Positions 37,111 to 46,231 of a stretch of DNA of 64,000 nucleotides are shown here, one piece after another. Below the pieces are notes generated by a model, which saw nothing but the letters and a program-made list of their open reading frames with translations, was not told where the DNA came from and did not search any database. The first letter of the stretch is position 1. Every line of letters starts with the position of its first letter. The stretch comes from Geopsychrobacteraceae bacterium. GTDB taxonomy: Bacteria > Desulfobacterota > Desulfuromonadia > Desulfuromonadales > Geopsychrobacteraceae. The position numbers were made by a program, and so were the translations under genes. The DNA lies in contig OY759353.1 in assembly GCA_963662315.1 (NCBI GenBank), positions 704,001 to 768,000 on the forward strand, given 5' to 3'.

Positions 37111-38994
37111 ATGAGGCGCATGGTCATTGTTTTTATTCTCGCATTAATAGCGTATCCCCCCCCGGTATATGCCGGTACGGATGAACTGACGGCTGATAAT
37201 CGGGATCTGTTTTTACGCAGTGCCTTTTACCGGGGAAATCAGCATGACTGGTTCGCAGCCATCGCGCAAATCGATTACGAGTTGGTTCAGCATTTTGAGC
37301 TGGATGATCCCTCCCTGGATAGCCTTTATCGGCATATTGACGATGCACAATTTGCTTTTGGTGATTTTGAGTTGTCATATGGGCTCAATAAGCAGGCGAG
37401 CCACGCACTAACGCGTCTGATCGACCATGCCACAAATTCTGCTCAGCGTGACGATGCACTGTATCGTTTAGCTAAATTACAATTCATTAAAGGTCAGTTC
37501 AGGGAGGCTGAAGGCAGTCTGTCGAGAATGACTTCAGAAGAAAGTGGGCTTTCTGGGCGTGCTGCCATGTTACAAGGGCAGATCGCTATGTCCCTTGGTA
37601 ACTATGATGATGCGGTGAATTATTTTGATAGCCTTGACCAGAGTAATCCTGAGTTTTTAGGTTTTGCTTCCTATAACCGGGGCATTGCTTTGCTTGGCGC
37701 GGGCCATTTTGATGCCGGTATCAGACAACTGATCTTAACCAGTCAGCTGAGCAGCGGCGATCCGCTATTGATGGTTGTTAGGGATAAGGCAAATCAGGTC
37801 CTCGGTGAATATGCCTTGGCTAATGGCGATTATGCTATGGCGAAAGATCACTTTTCACAGGTCCGTCTTGAAAGCCCCTATGCTAATCGTGCTCTTCTGG
37901 GCGCAGGATGGGCCAGCGTTAAACTTCAGGATTTTTCAGCAGCATTAGTTCCCTGGACTCGTTTGTCTGAACAACAACAGACGGATCAGTCTGTTCATGA
38001 GGCGTTACTTGCATTGCCTTATGCCTATGCCAAACTGGGAATCTATAGTACTGCTGCTAATAAGTATCGGCACGCTTTGGATGTGTATAGCATGCAAGTT
38101 GAGAGTTTACAGGCTTCAATTGCGAACATAAATAATGGAAAATTACTTGAGTTATTGGATCGCCCCGAGATTATACAGGACAAAAATTGGTTGGTACGCT
38201 TGCGCGATTGGCCGGATGCTCCTGAGACCTATTATCTTGTCGATTTGATGGCTGAACATTCATTTAACAGCGCTTTGCAGAATTATATTGATCTTAGTTC
38301 CTTACGCAGAAAGCTGGAGACGTGGCGGCTTGATGTCGAAGCATTCAAAGAACTTGTCGCCTTGCGTAAGGAATACTATGAACCGGTTCTGGATTTTGCA
38401 GACCAACAACTAAGCGCCCTTGTATCTCGTCTTAATTTACACCTTGAACAGTCCCAGGCTATTGATGACAGCCTACGTAAATTACTCGTTGTACCTGATC
38501 ATCGTTTGCTGGCTACGGCAGCGGAACGAATTGCTACTGAGCAGCTTTCGGCCATTCGTAAATTGTCGGATAGCGGACATTTAGACTTGCCCGCTAAAGA
38601 TTTTGCGCGCGTTGGACGTCTGGAAGGGGCTCTTTCTTATACTCAGAAAATTGAATTTCCTGAGCGACTGTCTCAAGCTTATGTGCATTTGCAGGATCTT
38701 AGAGCTTTGCTAATAAAGGTTCAACAACAATATGGCGCCTATCTGCGCTTTCGGCAGTCGGCAACGCTTAGCTACCTTCATTTCAGTGATCGTCTTGAAG
38801 AGCTGGATAGCAACATTTCGGAACAATTGAAACGCACCAATCAGGTGATGTTATTGCAAGGTTTACAACTTGAAAAGATGACCACTGCTGTTTTGGAACA
38901 GCGCCTTGAAAGACTCAGGCAGTTTCAAACCCGGGCGCGCTTTGCCATGGCAGACAGCTATGACCGTGCAGCACGAGAGCAAACCCAGGAGTAA
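37111..38994 (+). CDS. Periplasmic TPR protein with C-terminal coiled coil
   Basis: Signal peptide (VYA), TPR-like helices (ALYRLAKL, YNRGIAL, ALLGAGWA) and C-terminal ARFAMADSYD. Confidence 0.8.
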   Translation: MRRMVIVFILALIAYPPPVYAGTDELTADNRDLFLRSAFYRGNQHDWFAAIAQIDYELVQHFELDDPSLDSLYRHIDDAQFAFGDFELSYGLNKQASHALTRLIDHATNSAQRDDALYRLAKLQFIKGQFREAEGSLSRMTSEESGLSGRAAMLQGQIAMSLGNYDDAVNYFDSLDQSNPEFLGFASYNRGIALLGAGHFDAGIRQLILTSQLSSGDPLLMVVRDKANQVLGEYALANGDYAMAKDHFSQVRLESPYANRALLGAGWASVKLQDFSAALVPWTRLSEQQQTDQSVHEALLALPYAYAKLGIYSTAANKYRHALDVYSMQVESLQASIANINNGKLLELLDRPEIIQDKNWLVRLRDWPDAPETYYLVDLMAEHSFNSALQNYIDLSSLRRKLETWRLDVEAFKELVALRKEYYEPVLDFADQQLSALVSRLNLHLEQSQAIDDSLRKLLVVPDHRLLATAAERIATEQLSAIRKLSDSGHLDLPAKDFARVGRLEGALSYTQKIEFPERLSQAYVHLQDLRALLIKVQQQYGAYLRFRQSATLSYLHFSDRLEELDSNISEQLKRTNQVMLLQGLQLEKMTTAVLEQRLERLRQFQTRARFAMADSYDRAAREQTQE

Positions 38995-38997
38995 CGG

Positions 38998-41985
38998 ATG
39001 AAGTTGTTAAAAATTATTATATTAAGCTTGTTTCTTCAAATGCTTAACTCATGTGTGGCAACCACTGATCGGTTGAATGGGGATGCCACAATCGCGGATC
39101 TGGAAAACAGTAAGGTCACTTTAACTCCTGAACCTATCGCGAACGGTCTTGAAAAAGCTATTGACGGTTATGAATCATTTCTCCGTGAATCGGATGAATC
39201 ACCGCTGGTACCAGAAGCTACCAGACGCCTGGCTGATTTAAAATTGGAACGAGAGTATGGCTATGTTGGCAGCAGCGACCAGCATCTCTCGGAAGCTATA
39301 GCAAGGGAACTACCAGGAGAAGACGCTGAGGAACCGATTAATGAACCTCTTACCAGCAGTCAGACGCTTTTGTTGGAAAATCAAGGCGCAAAGGAAGCTA
39401 TAAAATTATATCGAGACTTGCTGACTAAATATCCAGACTATAAACGTAAAGATGAAGTTCTTTATCAGATGTCCAGAGCCTATGAAGAAATGGGCGAGGT
39501 CGATCTTGCCATGGACATTATGAATGCTTTTGTTTTGGATTGTCAGGACTCGCGCTTTTTTGATGAGGTCCAGTTCAGACGTGCTGAATATTTATTTGTG
39601 CGGCGTAAGTACCTTGATGCTGAAGAGGCTTATCAGCAAGTTGTCAATCTTGGACCCTCATCCGCTTACTATCCTCGGGCGCTTTATAAATTGGGTTGGA
39701 CTTATTATAAGCAAGAACTGTATGAGGACGGATTAGACCGTTTTGTTGCGTTGCTTGATTATAATGTCAACAACGGCACCGATCTGTTTCAGGGCGAGAA
39801 TGAGCTGGAACGTAAGCGCATTGCCGATACTTTTCGCGTTATAAGTCTGAGCTTCTCATATTTAGGTGGGGCTGAACCTTTGGTGGACTACTTCCAGGCT
39901 CATGGGAACCGTTCCTATGAAAACAATATCTATCGCAACCTTGCTGAATACTTTTATGAAAAACGGCGCTACGCAGATGCCGTTGAAACATATGAAGCTT
40001 TCATAGCAGGGAATCCTTTTACCCAGGATGCACCGTTATTCCACATTCGGGTTATTGAAATTAACAGTGCAGGCGGCTTTCCTTCTCTGGTATTGGATGG
40101 GAAAAAAACGTTTGCTCACCGTTATGGAGTCAATGGTGAGTACTGGAAATATTTCGATATCAAAGCCAGCCCTCAGGTTGTTGCTTATTTGAAATCTGAT
40201 TTAAAAGATTTGTCTCAGCATTATCATGCGCTTTATCAGAATCCAAAGTTTAAGGAAGACCGGAAACTGAATCTGAATGAAGCGTTAAACTGGTATCACC
40301 AATTTTTAACGGCTTTTCCTCAAGACCTTGAATCTCCTGCAATAAACTATAGTCTTGCCGAATTATTGCTGGAAAATAAATCATATCATGAGGCCGCTGT
40401 CGAATACGAAGCAACAGCTTATAATTATGCTTTACATCCGAAAGCGTCACAGGCTGGTTATGCAGCTGTTTTTGCCTATCGTCAGCAGATTGCGCAGATC
40501 TCTGAGGATGAAAATATGGAGATTTTACAAAAGACTATCTCGTCGTCTATACGTTTTGCGCAGACATTCCCTGGGCATATAAAGGCCGCAGTTGTCTTAG
40601 GTGCCGCTGTTGATGATTTATACGCCATGAAAGAGTTTAACCGTTCTCTTGAGCAGGGGCGTGTGTTGATTGATAAGTTTTCTGACTGTGATGCGCAGGT
40701 AGTGCGTGGTGCCTGGCTGGTTGTTGCCCACTCTGCCTATGAGTTGGGTTTATATGAGGATGCAGAAAATGCTTATGCCACTGTATTGACTATGACTGCT
40801 GAAGAGGATAATACGCGCCCTGAATTGGTTGATAACCTGGCTGCGGCAATTTACCAGCAGGGCTCTGTTGCTCGTGACACTGGTGATTATGCGGCTGCCG
40901 CTACTCATTTCTTGCGCGTTGGTGAATTGGCCGCTACTTCAAAACTTAGGGCGACAGCTGATTATGACGCCGCTGCTTCACTTATTGAAATTGCTGACTG
41001 GAAAAAAGCTGCTGAAGTTCTCAGTTTTTTCAGAGCGAATTATCCAAACCATGTATTGCAGCCTGAAGTGACGAAAAAAATGGCCTATGTCTATCAACAG
41101 GATGGTCAGCCTCTGTTGGCCGGGCAGGAATATGAAAGAATTGAAAACGAATCAGATGATCCTGATGTGCGCAAAGAGGCTTTACTTGTTGCGGCAGAAC
41201 TGTATGAATCCATTCCCGATGATGACAAAAGCCTTGCTGTATACACCCGTTATCTGGACTCTTTCAGCGAACCATTTGATGTGTTGATTGAGATGCACCA
41301 CAAGGCGAGTGTTATCTATAAAAAGAAGGAACAGCTCGAAACTCACTATAATCATTTGCGTGCACTTATTGCCCTTGATGCAGAGCATAGTGACGTACGT
41401 ACTGAGCGTTCCCGGTTTCTGGCAGGAAATGCGGCATTGACTCTGACTGAACAAGATTATGTACGCTTTTGTGGCCTGCAGATTGTTGTTCCCGTCAAAG
41501 ACAACTTGCAACTCAAACAAAATAAAATGAGGGAATTGATTGGACAACTGGAAGGGCTGATGAACTATGAATTAGCTGATGTTTCTTCTGCTGCTACCTA
41601 TTATCTCGCTGAAACCTACCGTAATTTTTATACGTCGTTAGTAAAATCGCAAAGACCGACAGACCTTAATGACTTGGAACGGGAAGAATACGAACTGGCC
41701 CTGGAAGAGCAGGCATATCCATTTGAAGAGAAATCCATAGTGGTTCATCAGAGTAATATGGAGTTTATCGGTATGGGAGTGTTTAACCCTTGGGTTGAGA
41801 AAAGCCTTGGGGTGTTGATTGAATTGTTACCTGCTCGCTACGGTAAACGGGATCAGCACAGCGATGCTCTTGTAGATTTTGGAAGCTTTCGTTACGAGAC
41901 AGGGCAACGTCCAGACGGCAAGCTAAATATAACTGATTCTGAAGCAAAAGAAGGTTTAAAGGCTGAGGCTTCTGCTGTTCTTTAA
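38998..41985 (+). CDS. Large TPR lipoprotein (GltD/AgmU-like)
   Basis: Lipobox LNSC, many TPRs (DEVLYQMSRAY, EVQFRRAE, ALYKLGW.YY) and C-terminal L...E.EEY...LEEQAYPFEEK. Confidence 0.8.
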   Translation: MKLLKIIILSLFLQMLNSCVATTDRLNGDATIADLENSKVTLTPEPIANGLEKAIDGYESFLRESDESPLVPEATRRLADLKLEREYGYVGSSDQHLSEAIARELPGEDAEEPINEPLTSSQTLLLENQGAKEAIKLYRDLLTKYPDYKRKDEVLYQMSRAYEEMGEVDLAMDIMNAFVLDCQDSRFFDEVQFRRAEYLFVRRKYLDAEEAYQQVVNLGPSSAYYPRALYKLGWTYYKQELYEDGLDRFVALLDYNVNNGTDLFQGENELERKRIADTFRVISLSFSYLGGAEPLVDYFQAHGNRSYENNIYRNLAEYFYEKRRYADAVETYEAFIAGNPFTQDAPLFHIRVIEINSAGGFPSLVLDGKKTFAHRYGVNGEYWKYFDIKASPQVVAYLKSDLKDLSQHYHALYQNPKFKEDRKLNLNEALNWYHQFLTAFPQDLESPAINYSLAELLLENKSYHEAAVEYEATAYNYALHPKASQAGYAAVFAYRQQIAQISEDENMEILQKTISSSIRFAQTFPGHIKAAVVLGAAVDDLYAMKEFNRSLEQGRVLIDKFSDCDAQVVRGAWLVVAHSAYELGLYEDAENAYATVLTMTAEEDNTRPELVDNLAAAIYQQGSVARDTGDYAAAATHFLRVGELAATSKLRATADYDAAASLIEIADWKKAAEVLSFFRANYPNHVLQPEVTKKMAYVYQQDGQPLLAGQEYERIENESDDPDVRKEALLVAAELYESIPDDDKSLAVYTRYLDSFSEPFDVLIEMHHKASVIYKKKEQLETHYNHLRALIALDAEHSDVRTERSRFLAGNAALTLTEQDYVRFCGLQIVVPVKDNLQLKQNKMRELIGQLEGLMNYELADVSSAATYYLAETYRNFYTSLVKSQRPTDLNDLEREEYELALEEQAYPFEEKSIVVHQSNMEFIGMGVFNPWVEKSLGVLIELLPARYGKRDQHSDALVDFGSFRYETGQRPDGKLNITDSEAKEGLKAEASAVL

Positions 41986-42034
41986 GCCGTGTATAAAACG
42001 TAAGCAGTGACGGGTCTTTCAATTGAGGGGGAAA

Positions 42035-42718
42035 ATGAAAATTATTAGCGGACAGGTTTGCTTTCATATCCTGCTATGTTCACTTATTTTAGGTGGTTGT
42101 GCAGGATCTGTAACTGTCAAAAATCAAGTTCAGCAGGACGTTGGAACAGTAAACAATATTGAAGCTACGGCTGATACATTGTCGGTCGTTCATTTTGAGG
42201 ATCAGAGGGTTGGTTTTGAAATTCACGAACCCAGTGGCGAAATTGATCCTGGTACTCAGGCTAAATTTAATGAGGCGATTAACGCGCTAAGGAGTGATCA
42301 TTTCTCTGTTGCGATAGAACTGCTTCTGGATGTTATTGAAACCTATCCCAATTATGCCAACCCGCATATCAATATTGCCTTAGCTTATCGGCAGCTTGCA
42401 ATGGATCAAGAGGTTCAGGATCATTTGCTTACAGCTCTGGATCTGATTCCTAATCACCCTGTGGCAAGTAACGAATATGCTCTGCTGAAAAAGAGCCAAG
42501 GTGATTTTCAAGGTGCCAGGGATATCTTCGAACAGGCTCTTGTTGATTATCCGGAATTTATTCCCCTGCATCGAAATCTCGGAATCTTATGTGATGTCTA
42601 TTTTAATGATAATTCCTGTGCCCAGGAGCATTTTGAATACTGTCAAAATTTAACCGGGACTAATGATGAAGAGCTATCTATGTGGCTGACAGAAATAAAA
42701 CTCAGATCTCATGAATAA
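42035..42718 (+). CDS. TPR lipoprotein (GltE/AglT-like)
   Basis: Lipobox LGGC and TPRs (HINIALAY, HRNLGILCDVY). Start set to ATG 42035. Confidence 0.78.
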   Translation: MKIISGQVCFHILLCSLILGGCAGSVTVKNQVQQDVGTVNNIEATADTLSVVHFEDQRVGFEIHEPSGEIDPGTQAKFNEAINALRSDHFSVAIELLLDVIETYPNYANPHINIALAYRQLAMDQEVQDHLLTALDLIPNHPVASNEYALLKKSQGDFQGARDIFEQALVDYPEFIPLHRNLGILCDVYFNDNSCAQEHFEYCQNLTGTNDEELSMWLTEIKLRSHE

Positions 42719-43067
42719 AGGAAACATAATGACGGGTTATTTTTTGGGGGAGGGGAAGCTCTGCTGTGTGGCGCTGTTGGGCATTGCGTTGTTGTGTCCT
42801 AATGTTTTATGGGCCGATGAAAATGTGACTGATGTAAAAGGAGGTCGGGAAACGCAAGTTAAAGAACTGTCTGGTATGTCTATCGTTGGTAATGATGAAG
42901 CTCCCAAGTCTCTCTATATTGTGCCTTGGAAAGGCTCAGAGCTCGGTTCTGAGGTCCACCTTGATCTAGCTTTTGATCATTCTTTAGCTCCAATTGACCG
43001 GGATGTGCTTAACCGGCAATTGCAATTTTTTAATCAGTGTAAAAATATTAACAACGGGAGGAAATAA
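42711..43067 (+). CDS. Small exported protein (positional GltF-like)
   Basis: Signal ending LWA-D, motif GMSIVGNDEAPKSLYIVPWK...PIDRDV. Start overlaps the upstream gene's stop. Confidence 0.65.
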   Translation: MNKGNIMTGYFLGEGKLCCVALLGIALLCPNVLWADENVTDVKGGRETQVKELSGMSIVGNDEAPKSLYIVPWKGSELGSEVHLDLAFDHSLAPIDRDVLNRQLQFFNQCKNINNGRK

Positions 43068-43068
43068 A

Positions 43069-43722
43069 ATGGAAACGGTTTATGGAATTGTTGGATTTTT
43101 TCAAAAAGGCGGATTGTTTATGTATCCAATTTTATTCGTCTTTACTATCGGGATGGCCATTTCTATCGAACGTTGGGTGCAACTGGCAAGAACCCGGCAG
43201 GAAAATTCCAGGGTGTGGAACAGACTGCAACCTCATTTGAGTAAAGGTGAATTTGATACGGTTATGGGAATGATCGAGAAGGACAAATCTACGATTGCAC
43301 AAATGCTGTCCTTGGGACTCGCCAGGCAGGGCGCGGTTAAGCGACGTGAAGATATTGAAATAGCGATGGAAGAGGGCATGATGGAGATAATTCCTCAGTT
43401 GGAGAAAAGAACCCCTTATATCGGACTTTTATCCAATATCGCAACTCTTCTGGGGCTTTTAGGGACTATTATGGGTCTGATTGAGGCTTTTACAGCAGTG
43501 GCTAACGCGAATCCGGCAGAAAAAGCTGACTTACTTTCAGCAAGTATCTCTGTGGCAATGAATACTACCGCATTCGGTCTTATGGCCGCTATTCCACTGT
43601 TGCTGATCCATGCCAAATTGACTTCTACAACCGGACAAATTGTTGACAGTCTGGAGATGGCATCGGTTAAAGCCCTTAACAGTATTTCAACTTTCAGTAA
43701 ACGCCAGCACTCCTTGGGGTAG
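43069..43722 (+). CDS. MotA/TolQ/ExbB proton channel family protein (AglR-like)
   Basis: GG.FMYPI, ATLLGLLGTI.GLI.AF and ISVAMNTTAFGL..AIP. Start ATG 43069 after GGAGG. Confidence 0.93.
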   Translation: METVYGIVGFFQKGGLFMYPILFVFTIGMAISIERWVQLARTRQENSRVWNRLQPHLSKGEFDTVMGMIEKDKSTIAQMLSLGLARQGAVKRREDIEIAMEEGMMEIIPQLEKRTPYIGLLSNIATLLGLLGTIMGLIEAFTAVANANPAEKADLLSASISVAMNTTAFGLMAAIPLLLIHAKLTSTTGQIVDSLEMASVKALNSISTFSKRQHSLG

Positions 43723-43725
43723 ATC

Positions 43726-44220
43726 ATGAGGCGAAGAACAGGTAAACGCAGGCGTACTCTAAGAGAAGCTCCTGAGCTTGATATCACAACATTTTTAAAT
43801 CTTATGGTTGTGCTGGTTCCGTTTCTGCTTATTAGTGCCGTTTTTTCACGGGTAACTATTCTTGAATTGAGTGTGCCGACCAATGGGGACGGCAGCGGAT
43901 CATCAAAGCCGGCTTATACCGTGGAAGTTGTTGTCCGTAAAAATGGTCTGGAGCTGAGCAATGGTATTCAGGTCGTTGCCGCATTACCCTTTAAGGAAGA
44001 TCATTATGATCTTGAAACTCTGTCAGAAATGTTAACACGATTAAAGGCGGACTATCCTGATAAAACTGATGCGACTGTCCTGATGGAACCGGATATTGAA
44101 TATGACACGTTGATTCAGGTTATGGATACCTTAAGGGAAAAAGAAATTCTTGTTGCTGATGCAACAGAACCTCAAAAACTTGAACTTTTTCCAGTTATTT
44201 CCATAGGAGATGCACCATGA
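43726..44220 (+). CDS. ExbD/TolR family protein 1
   Basis: Basic N-terminus, single TM (ELDITTFLNLMVVLVPFLL) and periplasmic I.YD.LIQVMD. Confidence 0.88.
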   Translation: MRRRTGKRRRTLREAPELDITTFLNLMVVLVPFLLISAVFSRVTILELSVPTNGDGSGSSKPAYTVEVVVRKNGLELSNGIQVVAALPFKEDHYDLETLSEMLTRLKADYPDKTDATVLMEPDIEYDTLIQVMDTLREKEILVADATEPQKLELFPVISIGDAP

Positions 44221-44711
44221 GGGGAACCCGCAGAATTAGACGTATGGAGCGTAATCGTAAACGTCTGGTTGGTTTAAATCTGACCTCATTAATGGATGTT
44301 TTCACAATTCTGGTGTTCTTCCTGTTGGCTAATTCATCGTCCAGTGAGGTGTTGTCAACTCCAAAACAGATTAACTTACCAACCTCTGTTGTTGAAGCTA
44401 AGCCTCGGGAAACAGTGGTTATTTTGGTCAGCTCAGAACATGTTCTGGTCCAGGGTAATCCCCTATTAAAAATGGAAGAACTCATCAATATTAAAACTGA
44501 TGAGATTCCTCAGTTAAGAGAGCGGCTTGAACAGTTGGATCAGAATATTATCGGTGTCAGCACAAAAGAGATTGTTGAAAATAAAGAGGTTACGGTCCTT
44601 GCTGACAAGACAATACCGTTCAGGGTGCTTAAAAAAATCATGTCAACATGTACGGCAACCGGTTTCGGCAGGATCTCTTTAGCTGTGACCCAAAAAGCCG
44701 CTAATACTTAA
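44217..44711 (+). CDS. ExbD/TolR family protein 2
   Basis: LNLTSLMDVFTILVFFLL, LP.S and AD..IPF..LKKIM.TC...GF..ISLAV. ATGA overlap with the previous gene. Confidence 0.9.
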   Translation: MRGTRRIRRMERNRKRLVGLNLTSLMDVFTILVFFLLANSSSSEVLSTPKQINLPTSVVEAKPRETVVILVSSEHVLVQGNPLLKMEELINIKTDEIPQLRERLEQLDQNIIGVSTKEIVENKEVTVLADKTIPFRVLKKIMSTCTATGFGRISLAVTQKAANT

Positions 44712-44722
44712 TTGGATATGTC

Positions 44723-46192
44723 GTGGAAAATTCAACTTTTACGCAGGATGTGGAACGGTTAGAGGAGCAAATTAGACCGTTACAGGAAGAACTTGTTGTT
44801 CTGGAGGTGGAACTGCGTGCCGTTGAGGCGGAAATTGATTCCTTGGCCAAGGAGCAGGTACAATTTTCGGTTCTGCAGGAGATCTGCCACTTATTGGATC
44901 AACTTAATAACCTTGATGCGATTCATCTGTTCTGGCAAGGACTTGAGAAAAAGATCAACCTTGCTGAGCATCGTACCAGGGTTGATTCTGTTCTAAAGAA
45001 CTATTTGGAGCAGCGTGAGGCTTTATTAAATCGAAGACATGCAGCTACAGAACGTATCAACAGTCATCAGAAAGTCATAAGCTATCTGGAGCAGGAGCTC
45101 GATGAACTTTATGATCAGGAAGAGGCGCGGTTAGAAGAATTCGTTGTTGTTCGAGACATCAGAACTCTGCCCTATCGAAAAATAATTATGCCATGGACAG
45201 TTGATAAGGAGAGCGAATCTTATCTTTATCGCTGTCTCGCGGTAGCGCTACTGATCTGCTTAGTTTTCGGCGGCCTGATTCCGATTTTCGATTTGCCGAT
45301 TCCAGATCGCGAGAACGTTATCATTGATGTACCAGAGCGATTTGCTATGTTACTCAAAGAGGAACATCATACTCCTCCGCCTGCAAAGGTTTTAGAAGAG
45401 TCTAAGCCTCAGAAATCAAAGGCTAAAAAGGTGAAGGAGGTAGCTACTGAACCAGACATGGCCAATAAAGAGAAACAGGTCAAAGCATCCAAGAAGGCTA
45501 ATGCTAATCGTGAAAAGACGGGCAAAGGAAACAAACCGGCAAAACGTAAAGCTGATACCCTTGGGGTTCTTGCATTTAAGAGCAACTTTAGTGACCTGAT
45601 AGATGATGTTCCTGTGGCCAAACTTGGAGCTTCGGCTAAAGTTACTAAACTTTCAGCCGGCATCGCTGGAGGTGCACAAGCCCATCGTTCCTTGGTCTCA
45701 ATAAACGCCAAGGGAGGGGCTAGCGAGGGGATCAGTAACTTTGGGGTCAGTCGGGATATTGGAAACGGTGGATCAGGAAGTGGCTCTGGCGGTGGTAGTG
45801 CCGGACAAATTGGTGGGGTTGCTACAGCTAAAGTGTCGAGTTCATTAGCCGATATGGTTGAGGAATCTGGCCGGCCCTTAAGTGATGATATGGCCTTTAC
45901 CAGGACCGATGAAGAAATACAGATTGTTTTCGATCGTTATAAAGCGTCCCTTTACCGTATATACAACACGGCGTTACGTAGTGATCCTACTTTGCAGGGG
46001 AAAATTTTAGTGCGCCTTTCAATACTGCCTGATGGTGCTGTTTCTTTCTGTGAGGTACAATCAACAAGCTTGGGTTCAGATGAGCTGGTGGAAAAAATAA
46101 TTGGCAGAATAAAACGGTTTAACTTTGGAGAAAAAGAAGGGGTAACAGTTGTTACCATCGATTATCCGATTGATTTTTTACCTGCAGGATAA
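44723..46192 (+). CDS. TonB-like energy transducer with AgmX/PglI (GltG-like) C-terminal domain
   Basis: N-terminal coiled coil, one TM, Lys/Pro-rich then Gly-rich linker, and C-terminal RTDEEIQ.VFD......IY..ALR.DP.LQGK...I.P.G.V. Confidence 0.82.
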   Translation: MENSTFTQDVERLEEQIRPLQEELVVLEVELRAVEAEIDSLAKEQVQFSVLQEICHLLDQLNNLDAIHLFWQGLEKKINLAEHRTRVDSVLKNYLEQREALLNRRHAATERINSHQKVISYLEQELDELYDQEEARLEEFVVVRDIRTLPYRKIIMPWTVDKESESYLYRCLAVALLICLVFGGLIPIFDLPIPDRENVIIDVPERFAMLLKEEHHTPPPAKVLEESKPQKSKAKKVKEVATEPDMANKEKQVKASKKANANREKTGKGNKPAKRKADTLGVLAFKSNFSDLIDDVPVAKLGASAKVTKLSAGIAGGAQAHRSLVSINAKGGASEGISNFGVSRDIGNGGSGSGSGGGSAGQIGGVATAKVSSSLADMVEESGRPLSDDMAFTRTDEEIQIVFDRYKASLYRIYNTALRSDPTLQGKILVRLSILPDGAVSFCEVQSTSLGSDELVEKIIGRIKRFNFGEKEGVTVVTIDYPIDFLPAG

Positions 46193-46201
46193 ACCATACA
46201 G

Positions 46202-46231
46202 CAGTGCAGACTGATCATTCAGTCTGCACTG
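46202..46231. terminator. Hairpin closing the large operon
   Basis: CAGTGCAGACTGA-tcat-TCAGTCTGCACTG, 13 bp perfect. The right arm overlaps the stop of the convergent gene. Confidence 0.65.

Noticed and set aside
43069..46192. Canonical Ton iron-uptake or Tol-Pal system
   Set aside because: No TonB-dependent receptor, tolB or pal nearby. Two dissimilar ExbD subunits and the TPR context fit an Agl-Glt-like module better.
19400..46230. Mobile element or prophage origin of the large locus
   Set aside because: No integrase, transposase, tRNA target or flanking direct repeat was seen. Compositional difference could not be computed.
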